Below are positions 13,646-25,600 of a stretch of 64,000 nucleotides of DNA, one piece after another. The notes beneath the pieces were generated by a model. The model worked only from the letters and a program-made list of their open reading frames with translations. It had not been told where the DNA came from and did no database searches. Source of the stretch: Bugula neritina (taxonomy: Eukaryota > Animalia > Bryozoa); NCBI GenBank assembly GCA_964035545.1, contig OZ037770.1, forward strand, positions 3,566,662 to 3,630,661. The letters are read 5' to 3'. Both the position numbers and the translations under genes were made by a program. The first letter of the stretch is position 1. Every line of letters begins with the position of its first letter.

Positions 13646-16600
13646 CTGTAGAGTAAGTAATGGCTAGTAAGATTGTTTATCAATTCACTAATATAGCTGT
13701 GATAAAATGTAAATTTCAGCTTTTAGAATATTGTATCCCACTTGTAACAAATATGAACAGAAAACACTTTGGGAATTGTCTACCGCAGTCATATCATATA
13801 GCATTCAGCAGTACAGTGGCACTAGTAGATTAGCAAAATACAAGAACATATTGACAAGGAAGAGAAACTATAATCAATATAGTGAGCCAATATATGCTAA
13901 CGGAATTTTAGGAGCAAAAACTACAAGTTAAACTGGAGAAAACTAGGAAGGACGTTCTGTTACTAAAACTGTAGTAGATACATGTATTCTCTTTTAAAGG
14001 ACAAAAGGGTGAACAAACATAGAAATGAATAAAATGATATGATGAGAAATTATATTTTATTTTTTTAAACAAAAGTTGAACTAGCTAACAAAATATTTTG
14101 GTTTTTAAACTTGCCTGCTGAAAGATGGTGTAGAGATCACGGTGACAGGCATGTTTGTAGATTGAAGATACTAGAGCTCTAATTATAGGAGATCCATACT
14201 CAGGATGTCTCTTTGATGCTAAAATACAATTAAGTACAACCAAAATCTATAGGTTTATAGCCAGACCAAGTTTAACAGGTTTTAGTTATGGCATAGGCAT
14301 ATTTAAAATCTCAAAGTTCTGGAACACATTTTACTTTTTTCAGTTTAGAAGTTATTAGAATCAAAGCCCTTACAAAATGTGGGGATAATACAAAATCGAT
14401 AAACCACATCTTATACAAGGTACAACAGCTCAGACAAACTTATAGCCAATCACTGTCTCTTATTATACTTACAGCAGACGTTACTCTTAAGAACAAGAAG
14501 ATTATCAACATCCAGTTTTGTCATATGTTCTTCTATTCTATATTCTGGTGGTAAGACAGGTCTGATAGGTCTTATTACACTGGGTGTTTCAGGATATACA
14601 ATATCATCATCAGCTTCAGAATGTGTAGAAGAGACAGCTTCAGTTTCTTCTTCTTGAGCTGCTGCAAGACCTGATCTGTCTGGATTCACATCAATGTTTG
14701 CTGCAACACATATAATTTAGTTATCAGGGAAGTAGGATAGATCAAAACATCCATTTTCGTAGCAAAGTTGCCTAACCAATTTTATATGACACATTTCTGA
14801 AGATGTTCTTTTTTTTCTGTAAAAAATCATCTTAAGGAAACAAAGAAGTTTTGACTACTGTGTAACCACTCAAATAAGTGTGTCTGTTTTTATTACAAAA
14901 CAATATTCACCTTCGCTGGAAGCTTCTAGGATGACAACTGTAGGTTTAGGCTTTAAACTCAAAGGAGCGAGCAAATCATAGAAGTCTGTAAGGTTGACCT
15001 CCACAAGGTCAGTTCCATAGATACAGTTATCTTCACCACCATGAGTCATAATAACCAGTATTTGACAACCCAAGCCATTGTTTTTTTCTCCTCTTATCTC
15101 AGACTTCACAGCAGACATCATTTCCTACAAATTTGGAAATAATTATAATCATGTTGAATAATTGATACAAGGTTATGATAACTAAATAAAAGAATAATTT
15201 TCCAACTAGCAAAAAACAAAATTTTGACCAGCAATAAACATAATTTGGGTTTTTTAGTCAGGCCTTAATTTGAAACATTGATAAACTAAATAGTTAGGTG
15301 ATTGCGTCAATTTTTAAGGTTTGATAAAACAAGTGTCAGGTTTCATATAGATAAACTGATTGAATACTATTGCTTTCAGTTTAACAATATTATACCTCTG
15401 CCTTTAGGTCTGTGTGTGTCTCAACATCAAACCTGAGAGACTTCAACATGACAGACATATTCTCAACATCAGCATCTGAACCTTCCCTGCATAAGTCTGG
15501 TCTTTCAACAAAGTTCTTGTTGTTTATTATCAGAGCTTTTCCTCTCTCTCTGGTCATACTGAACACCTGGATACAATTTTCAGACAATCGCATACAGTAG
15601 TGACATACAAGTTATATGCATGTTTACATCATGATGTGAAGCATTCCAAAAATGATAATTACAATTATTCTAGAGCTCAAGATGCCATTTCGAGCCTCAA
15701 AGTTAGAAATCTCATACAAAGCAGTATCTCTCTTGCAAAATCAATTATTTTATTTTTATGCTAGATTTTAATTTCATTACTATTTAGCTATAAAACTGAA
15801 TAAAAATTTTTTGTTTAAAAGATCAATTGTCAGCTTTACCAACAAAAAATTTAAATAGTCAATTAAGTGCTAATTGGTATTTTGGCGAGAGACATTCATG
15901 ATATGATTTAATGATGTTACAAAAGTTATTACACTACATGGTTCTTTTTATTGAAAATATACATGTTCACATGTACACAAAAGCATATATACAATGAGGT
16001 AGACAGAGTGGTCGAACACACAGTTGGTCAGCTACAGAGAGAGAGGGTGCTGTACAGCACACGGACCAATGGCCAGGGGAATTCGTCATTTACACGATGA
16101 TAATGTAGTCCACCGAGAAGGTGTCTTTAACAGGCATGCTTATGTAGGTAGGCTCTCACTCTTGTAGTGAGCGCGATCTGTGCCGAGCTTGTCGGGCACG
16201 GAGCCTCCGCTTCAATCGCCCCACTGAGTCTTTGAGTTGGTATAGGCCTGTTGTTGTATCGAGCAGGTCTGGAGCTAGTTGTGTAAATTCTGCTTGTAGT
16301 CACAGAAGCCGCTCTTCTACTGTGGCCAATCGGCTGGGTCCTGGCGGGGGTGGAGTAGTCTCTGGGGCAGGGGGTGTTGTTACTTCTCCTGGTTCGGGGG
16401 TGCTACTAGGATTAGCAGGGTTTGTTAACCGGGCATTTACCATGGGGGACTTCTGGCGGGCAGACAGCAGTAGTATTTAGAAACCCGAAGTTAACGCAGC
16501 CAGGGTTAGAGCCTTCTTGACGACTGGCTCGATGACATCCAAGTACTGGGGGAAACTGTCTTCGTCCACGACGTGGCCTTCTCCCGCGAAGCAGCTCATC

Positions 16601-19600
16601 TTATGTACTATAACTTGGTACGGGCACACGTCATGGAACCCGCACGGGCAAAAGTGCAGCAGGAAGTGCGCGTCTACATGTAGACGCAGAGAGCGGTGTG
16701 AGGGGAATTCCTCGAGGCAGGCCTGACAGGTCTGGTGGGGTCCGCTGGGTCTCCAAGCTTCTTTGATCCTCCGTTCTGTTGCTGGCGACACCCAGCTGTG
16801 CCGTCGGCGGAGCACCACGGGCAGTCCATGTTTTGTTTCTGGTTCTTCTTCCATAGGCAGACACAGGATAGTCAAGGGCATCCTCACTAAGAATATCATA
16901 AATTTCTCTCAAAATGTAGTTCAGGTTCTTGAATAATATTGCTCTGCGGGTGGCATGCGTGTTGCCTACTTGCATTTGTTTAGCCTAAGATTAAACTACA
17001 GCCAATGAGCAGCAACCTTCATTAGGGCTGCGTTATCTATCAACATTCCATTATGGATGCTACATAAACAAAGTACAAAGCAAGCTATTCATTATAGCCT
17101 GCCAGTTAGCAAGCCTGTAATTATTATGTACACGCCAATATCTTCTCATCCCTACGTGCTCATTGAAGCGTGAAGTGCTGCGCGCTGCTAGTTTCTTATG
17201 AAAAAATATGGCATTTTCAGTGTATAAATCACCAATTTATGGGCAATCTAGCAGAGTTATTGGAAAATGAAAAACATTGCACTGAAGAAATATCTCAGGA
17301 TTCTAGCAGTGCAATTTTTATTCAGATATCATCTTTTGCTGCTGAGATATTTTACTGGTACTGAAAAGTCAGCTTTTCAGGCAAAATTGGCCAAAATTGG
17401 GCAGTTTTTTGTCTATTACTTTGCAAAAAAAATGAAAATTGAAATTTCCAAAAAAAGATGCACTGGGGAAAAAGAAGATCTACAACATAGTTTTTAAATT
17501 TTGACTCTAGCATAATTAGGCGAGATTTTATTTTACTGGTACTGAATTCTTATATGATTACAATGCAAACCTCAGCAAGGCAGTTGCAGCTAAAAGGTTG
17601 CCCTTAACTATCCTGTGGAAGGGTTGGCTGATCCCGTGACCGGGAGGTGGTCACTCGAGTGTTATCTGACAGAGTTAACAGTGTTAAAGATTATACCCTG
17701 AAGTACCGCCGGCATGTACAGCCTGGCAGGTGCTCTGTTCAGTTAAACACTCGCGAGATTCAGGGTAATGAATAGTTGATCGAGAACACACCCGCTATGG
17801 CAGATTATTAAAATCTAAGTCGATGTGTGTTCCCACCACTGTGTTTCATTTTCAAATCTCCAGCTCGTTAACTGGTACAGTTAGAGCTGACTGATGTAGT
17901 CTAGTTTCCGTACCAAAAACAAAACTAACTCACCCTTCGATCCAGAATAGTAAGACATTTTGAATGAGAGTGGTAAAGATTATTGTTTAGTGGCACGTCT
18001 ACTCTTGACTGCATCAACATAGGAAAAGACCGAGCAACGTGGTTGTGAAGCGTGGCTGGGACTTTTTGCTTCCGGCGGATGAATCTTATTTGTGATTCCG
18101 CCAAAGCAAAAGTTGGTACTTTCGTGATGTTCACAACTCCCACGTTTCTTTGACTGTCTTCCCATACGATACCTAGCTAGACTTTCATAACTGCCGATTG
18201 TAGCGCGGTCATGTACGAAGTCTCTGAGGTACGCTGGGGGTTGCCTAGTATGGGGTCCTGGAGATATCGTCACTGTGGGAGGCAGTGTGCTCACCCGTGG
18301 ATTGTTACGTCTCACGGGTGGTGTTTCCAGCCTGTTTGTGACGGTTGTTCCTACCTTGGTGTCTCCGTACAGAGCCCCTCCCACGGGGGGTTTTTGCACT
18401 TCCGAATCCGTTTCTGGTTCCGGGAGTGGTGGTGGCAGGCCTGACGTTGGGGGCGGTGGGCGCGCTTCCAAGGGCGGAAGTGGCCTTTCCTACTTTGCCA
18501 AGTCTTCCTGGGAGGGGTCATGCACGTGTTGTCGGCCAAGTCGACAATCTCCGCTTACCAGGACCTTCTAGCACAATGCGTCTGCCGCCCCACTCCACCA
18601 GGGAAACGGCTATGCTTGTTGGTCTGGCAGACTTCGCACTGTCTCACTCTGCGCCGTATGTCCCGCTCCATGTTGGGCCAGTACCACCGGAGTTGTAACT
18701 TGGTGACCACCCTGGACTCCTGCGTGAGTCTGCTGGTGGGTGTCCCGTATCAACTCCCGGCGGATGACAGCGGGGCAGACTATCCTCTCCCTTACTGGCT
18801 GTCTGTTGTTGGCGGCTAAAGTCATGGTCAGCAGACCATCTGGCCCGATCCGCAGAGAGTTCCAACGTTTTACAGTACAGCCGTAACTCGGCGCGTCCCT
18901 GTCCCCGTTGTCTACCACTGGGTCGTCGCCCTTCCTGTTTTGCTCGGTACACGTTGGCTACCACCCCAGGGAGGTTTTCCTGGAACTTCGGTAGCTCCCT
19001 AACGTTACCAGACCAGACAGGTTTGGCGCGGAGGCTTTGTGTTGCCTCCGGAGGTGTTTCGGGCTTTTGTTGGAGTTGGTCCTATTCCAGTGTTTCCAAC
19101 TGGGACCGTGGGGGACCTCTGCTCTTCTTTCTCGGGCCCAACCTCCTCGGGGGCTGCCGAGTAGGGGCAGTCTCCGCTACCCGTGGTACATCACGACGGA
19201 CCGCTCTATTGAGGCGGGCTTCATGGTCTGCGTGGTGGGGTGCATCATTGTATCCGTGCGGCAACCTGGCCATAGCATGGCGCTCTCTGTTGCCTGCACG
19301 GCCACCCCAGTGGCCGCCACGCGTCCCAGGATTATGGAAGGTGCAAGGTGGAACGGTCCTCCGCCCTTGAGACAGGCGCTGTCGAGGACCTTCCGTTGTA
19401 GCTCCCAACGACGGCCCGATATCTTCCTCCTGAACAGAATGGAAACGGCCCAGCATGGACCCAAATGATAGGTCTACCGGCTCTGAGGAGGGGTTGACGC
19501 ACTGCATCGAGATTTCTCGTCGCCCGGTAAGCTGGTTAAAGCTGTGGGCAAGTTGGGTTCTTGAGTGCGTGCTTTTGACAACTCCCAACCTAGAGGTCTG

Positions 19601-22600
19601 GCTACCGTCTACTTTACAGTAGATGGTAGCCCGGTATTGGCCTGGTATCGTACAGCTTTGTACTACCTGCACTCCTCCCGCTAGAGGACGACCAAACTTA
19701 TCGACACAGGCGAGCTCTCTGTCACCCATGAGTATCGCATATTTACTGAAATCGATGCGACATCCGTGTCATTGTAAGAATGGCATCCCGGGGATAGCAT
19801 CCTCGTTGAGCTGTCCGACAATGAACGTCTCCTGGATGGTCTGGTTACGGACGCATCCAGTAAGCTCAATAATGCCGTAGAAGGGAATGCACGACCCATC
19901 TGCCAGAGTGCCAATAACCCCCTCATACGGTGCCAACACGTTCCTGACCTTAGTGCTGAGGGTGTCAAAGAACTGACGGCTCAGGAGGTTGGTGGTGCAA
20001 CCCGAGTCTAGAAGGAAGTTGGCAGGCTTGCCAGCTATTATTCCTGGCAGGAAGTAGCTACTCCCATGAGGTTGCATCTGTACGTGCCGTAGTTGCACCT
20101 CCCTCGCTGTGGGTCGAGGAGTCCATGGTTGGCGACGGCTATTAACCAGCTGCCGAGGTCGGGGCGGTACACCTTGCGTTGCCTGTACTGTTTTTCTCAC
20201 AGGCTCTGAGGTCAACAGCTTGTTGGATCTGTTTTGGAGTGGCATAGAGGACACAGGTGGCGAGTGGGTTGAACAGCCTACTTGCTGCGATGGTCGCCAC
20301 TCCACAGTATCCTCGCGTGGCGCCCGGCGAGGTGGCCGGCGCTTTGTCTTTCCTGGGTAATTCACCGGCGGCCCGCAGGAAGTGGGAACATCTGCGGGCC
20401 GTGGTAGTTTAACCCTTGTTGGAGTTGAGTGCAGTTTCTCTGGAATTGTCCAAGTCTCCCGCATTCCAAGCAGAAGTTATGCCCGGTGCCTGGTGACTGT
20501 GCCGGCAGCCTGCAAGGCTCGTGGGCAGTGTCTACCTGGCTTGGGAGAGCTAACGTGGAGTCCGGTTTGGCTAGCATGTTGGTCATCTGAGCGACCTTCG
20601 ATGCCACCTTCATCTGTGTCACGTTAGCCACCGCGGAGGGTTCCCCATTTGGTTTGGCAGGAGCAGTAGAATGCTCCGTGGCTACCTGGCAGGAGGCCAC
20701 GCGGTTCCGGTGCATGTGACTCGCCAGGAGATAAGCTTCTCCTACTGCGAGGGCACCCTCGGCTGTGGTGACTCACCTTGCCTGGAACTGGTGATGGAGT
20801 CCCAAGTCAGTGATGGATTGCATGAAAGCATCATAAGTATACCCCTCACGGTTCGCTTGAGGCAGATCGCAAAACGCGATCTGTGCCAGCCTCATCACCG
20901 TGGCAGCATGCTCCTGCAGCGGCGTGTGAGGATAATGCCTCAGCCTTTGTAGGCGGGCCCGCGCATCTATGGCAGAGATACCAAAACGGGCCCACAGAGA
21001 AGCGAAGATCCCGTCAATGTCAGGTCCCGCTCCGTAGGGCTTAGCCTTGTCCGTCAGCGCCATTCTGAGTTTAAGCAATGCCACCCTTGGTGGCCACCGT
21101 GCAATTTCATCACATCTTGAAATTCTTGGATAAATTGCACTATTTTTTTTTGCCCGTAAAGGTGGGCGCCTTCAGCCGGTACCTGTCCTCACTGGGTTCT
21201 CTGGGAACTTTCACTTCTTCCAACACTACTGGTTCCACAGGTATAACAACATTGTCTTCCTCATCTTCATTTAGTGGAATGGGTAGATCCGTACCTTCTT
21301 CTGCCATCCTGATGTACGCAAGATCCCGCCGCTGCCACCACTGTTGTAATTTGCACAATTACTATGCGTGGGGTTTTGCTTGCGTATTCAGTACTGCTTT
21401 TAACTAGTAATTACTAGGGTAGCTGATGTGTAATAACCTTTATTATATACAATAAAGTACAATACAAACATTACATCAATTTACAATACAACATCAGTCA
21501 CTACTAATACGTGTATACACTCGGAGTCCTCGCTCACAACAACGTGATAGTTGCTAACTACCCGGGAACTGTCAATCGGGGCGGAAGATCATCTTCCGGT
21601 GCTTCTTATTGGATAACACATTAGGGTCTTTAGTATTCCCCAAACGGAGAGGAGATAGTTATACATTATGATACTGCGTTACCCACTACAATATATTGGA
21701 GTACAATAAAGGATAGTGAGTATAAACCTTCTTATTTATTTATTAATAAATATTCTCAGCAAAGAGTCACTGTGTTCCATCAGCTAATAACCCACACCAA
21801 TAATTACATGCAGCTAAATAATAACATTCCACGCATAAAATTATTACAATACTCTACTGGGTGAAGAAAGGAGAGCTGCTATAACTCATGTTCATCAGCT
21901 GTAAAATTTACCTTGTCAGTGTTTGAGAAGAGTTGTTTTATCTTTGTGTTGGTTGTTGGCTTTAGTTCAAGTTGTATTAACTTCATGTCTTCCTTATTCC
22001 CTTCATCAGGGTACAGATTGTCATCATCTTCAGAGAGATCACTCAGATCACCATCATCAAATTCATCTGCAGTCACATTATCAGACAGATTATTGTCAAA
22101 ATTTGAAACCATAAACTACATATCTGGCTTAGACAAGAGAAGAAGCAATTAATTTTAAAAGTCACAATTAGATATGATTTGTAGGGAAATGTAGGGCAAA
22201 ATTTGCAAAGCCTATAATTTTACCAATGCTGCAGGTTTCAAAAGTAAGTTCTGTCTATAAAATTTTACCATTTGATTTGTTCTGCTCTCTTCGAAGTTTG
22301 AGCTCAGAAAGGAACTTCTTCAAGTGAATTGTTTCTGCTTCAGAAAAAGTCTCACCTGAACAATACAGACAGAATTTGTAACATTAAAACTAGATGAAAG
22401 GCATAATTAGAAGAATATGATATATGATCAAAAGCTTATGTTTCAAGTTTGCACGTTTTATAAGTTAGACTGAAAGTTTATTAAAGTAACTGCGTGTGTA
22501 GTTTGCTAACATCCATCTGTTATTGAAATTCATTAATGTCTGGAAAAAAAGATTAGATATGATTTGTTAGTGTAAAAAAAATATTTAAAAACAGCTTAGA

Positions 22601-25600
22601 AAGAAAATCAAAAAAGAATCATAATTATGTGTAAACATACATGGATGAATTAAAGCACTGGGTATCGGTTCATCATTACACAATATCTTTGAAGATCCAT
22701 GACACTTCTTGACATCTGGTGGCAGTTGGCTTTTCAAAGAACGGAGACACCATTTAGGATGCAGGAACCTTTTAGGGCAAGAAACCCCCAGTATGATGCA
22801 GTGAGCACAGATGCAGGCAGTAACTGGTCGACTAGCAGTCCAAGTTTCCATGACATGTTTGAGAATGTTGTTTGTGGCTGAAATAAGTTTCTCCCACATC
22901 TTGGAAATGTGAGGAGCATCAGATGAAACATAGAGTAAGACTCTTCTAGAATCATAGTCATGTGTCAGCTGTGTGTATATTTCATCTTGATAGACATTAG
23001 CTCCATTTCTCTTCACCTTCATTGTGGCAAACTCTTTAGAAAACAGTTCTAGCAAACCAACTGTCATTTGATGGTAGACATGCTGGGGCAAAGCCAGACC
23101 CTTGAACTTTACCTCGGTGTGAAGGACCATATCCTCTGGTGAGGTGTATGACACACTGTAATGTTCCTTAGCAAACTGAGGGGTTATAAAGTAGGGTTCA
23201 TGGACATCATTTTCCAAAGGGCCATACAACAAACGGAATGTTCTAAGCAAGCAAACAGCAGTTTCAACATCATGACAGCTTTTAAATAAAGTTTCCTTTG
23301 CAATCAAATATGTTAGAAGAGATTTCATCATTAAGCCTGTTGTTTTGAAGCAATTTACAGACTCTTCAAATTCTTCTGTTTCAATCCTCAACCCTTCTTT
23401 GGAAATGCATGGTTGAAACTGGTCAACTCTCCTCTGCCAAATATTTGGATCATGATGATACAAGACACAGAGTAGTTTGGTTACTTCTGTGATCTTGTGA
23501 AATATGTACGGTTTGAGTGCTTCAATATTCTTATACCACAAGACTTTACCGCAGTCATGCATGTATGTGAGAATAGTATCTAGCTGATTTTGCTCCACCT
23601 CAAAGCCTTCTTTTGTCAATTCCAACAGAATAAACCAGAAGGAGCTAAATGCTCCGCTTAAAGACAAAACTTTCTCATTCACTTCTTCCCAGATCAGTGG
23701 CAAAAGCTTAACAAAGTGCTGAATGTTTAGAAGAAGAGAGTTTTTTATTGTTTCAAATTCAGCATACTTGTCTTCTTTTCCAATCTGATAAATATCTTCA
23801 CTAGCAAAAACCTTTCCATTTGATGAATTGAAATGCTGTATTTTCGAGAAATCTCCATCTGAACTTTTCTCTTCATTGAGAACTTCTTTGCAAAGCGCTT
23901 CAGATATGCTAAGAAAACTTTCTTTAAGCTGTTGAAACTGTTCACTCTGAAACTTATCTTTGTGTGTGAAGACAAGCTTAGGTGGGCCAAGAGTAGGATG
24001 AGCGAGATAGAGGTGAGACATGAAGTCAAAGGCCAACTTTCTGACAGCCTCTTCCTTTGTAAACTCATTTGAAATCTGATCATACTGCTCCATGTTGACT
24101 ACAATTACTGGTACACAATTCTGCCTCAGTGTTAAATGGTATGTAATATGGTAGACCTCCTGGCCTCCCATATCTATGAGACGAAGAGTTGTACCGTCCA
24201 CCTCCACCTCTTCCACATTAAACACCTTTGTAGTCTCATCATACTCTGCATTCGAACTTCTGTGAGTCAGAACTCTTTTTCTGTCAGTGCTCTGTAATGT
24301 TCTGATTAGACTGGTTTTACCTGCCATGGTGTTTCCCACCACGACTATTGTAGCAAATGGAAGATTTCTACCAGCACCCTTAGCCAAGTCTGTGTAGTAT
24401 TGCCGTACAGCATCTAATCCCCTCTCACAGACTTCTAGTGGAGGAGATGTAAAGGCATAGCAACCCCATGTTATGAGGAGACTAAGACGTGTTAGCTGTA
24501 GTATCTCAGGATTCAAAGATGTCATGGATCTGTTGTAGGATATATTCAGTGTGTACAGATTACTCAATGCGCACACTGAAGATGGGAGACTGGTGAATTT
24601 ATTCTCTGATATGTTTAGTATCTGTAACTTCTGTAGACTCTGTAACCTAACAATACATTATAGTTCTATGGTCAGCACAAACTAGAGGTAAGTGTGATCT
24701 ACTTGTTGTAATAAAGATACAATGATAGTGAAACATTTATAATAGAACACAGAATTTAGTATGAAATGGCAGTGAATACAGTGAGCTTATTATGTAAAAC
24801 CCTTATTGTTTAGAGTAGTACAGTAGAGAATTGTTATTCTAATATTTGCCCTTTTCATTTCGTCACAATTGTCAAGTATTATTTTCAAGCTCTACAATTA
24901 ATATTTCGAAACATTTACAGCACTACAGTTCTATGAATAATTATTTGGTCAAAAATAATAAATAAGTACCTTATTATTGTCACTTTAGCACAATTCCTAA
25001 CGCTACCGTAAACAATGCTGTTCTATATAGCATGTAGTTGATTATAACTGCTTACACTGATATTTTATTAGATATGTATTATAATGAAAATTATAAAAAC
25101 TAGATAACTAAATTCTGCAGGATATACAGTATCTATAGTATTCATTTGGCAGAAAAACGCCAATTTTCTACTTAGGTTCACAATCCTGGATAAAGCTTTT
25201 TTATCTCCTGATTATTCAAATATAGGGTCCAAGTAAATGTTTTTAGGTGGGTGTGGACTTTTTATCCTTGAGAATTTTAAGAAATTTAAAATGGGTGCTA
25301 GGCACCAGACGATTCTATATAATTTAAATGTACCTACCCATCGGGGGGGGGGGGGGGGGGGGGCTAAACTTAAGGTTCCAATGATTTGAAATCTTTAGAA
25401 ATTAAACTGCCTTTATCACGTTCATTATTAAGTAATAGGCAAATTATACCCAAGAGGAACTAGGCAAAATCTTAATCACTCATTTTTTAAAGTTTAACCT
25501 AACCTTACTGGTCTAAATTTATGAAAATTTACTATATGGGGTGATATTTTTATGCTGATCACAAATATGTCAACCAAATAAAGCTGAAGAAAGTTCTGAA

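Larger units (their letters stand above)
15940..21690 (-). mobile_element. Ty3/Gypsy LTR retrotransposon (element 2), internally deleted and 3'-truncated, in the intron between the linker exon and the first caspase exon
   Basis: 5' LTR 21690-21342 (TGTAGTGGG...TTACAACA), tRNA-Leu-type PBS 21340-21325, gag, protease FLLDSGCTTNLL, integrase zinc-binding remnant, extra zinc-finger ORF. RT/RNase H absent and no 3' LTR found. Confidence 0.9.

Noticed and set aside
15932-15938. TGTAGTG on the minus strand at the 3' end of element 2, like the start of a 3' LTR
   Set aside because: Only a 7-bp match, with no PPT/hairpin before it and no further LTR identity.
5165-21407. Many overlapping antisense and alternative-frame ORFs in the GC-rich Gypsy interiors
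   Set aside because: Expected shadow ORFs of GC-rich pol sequence; no independent motifs.
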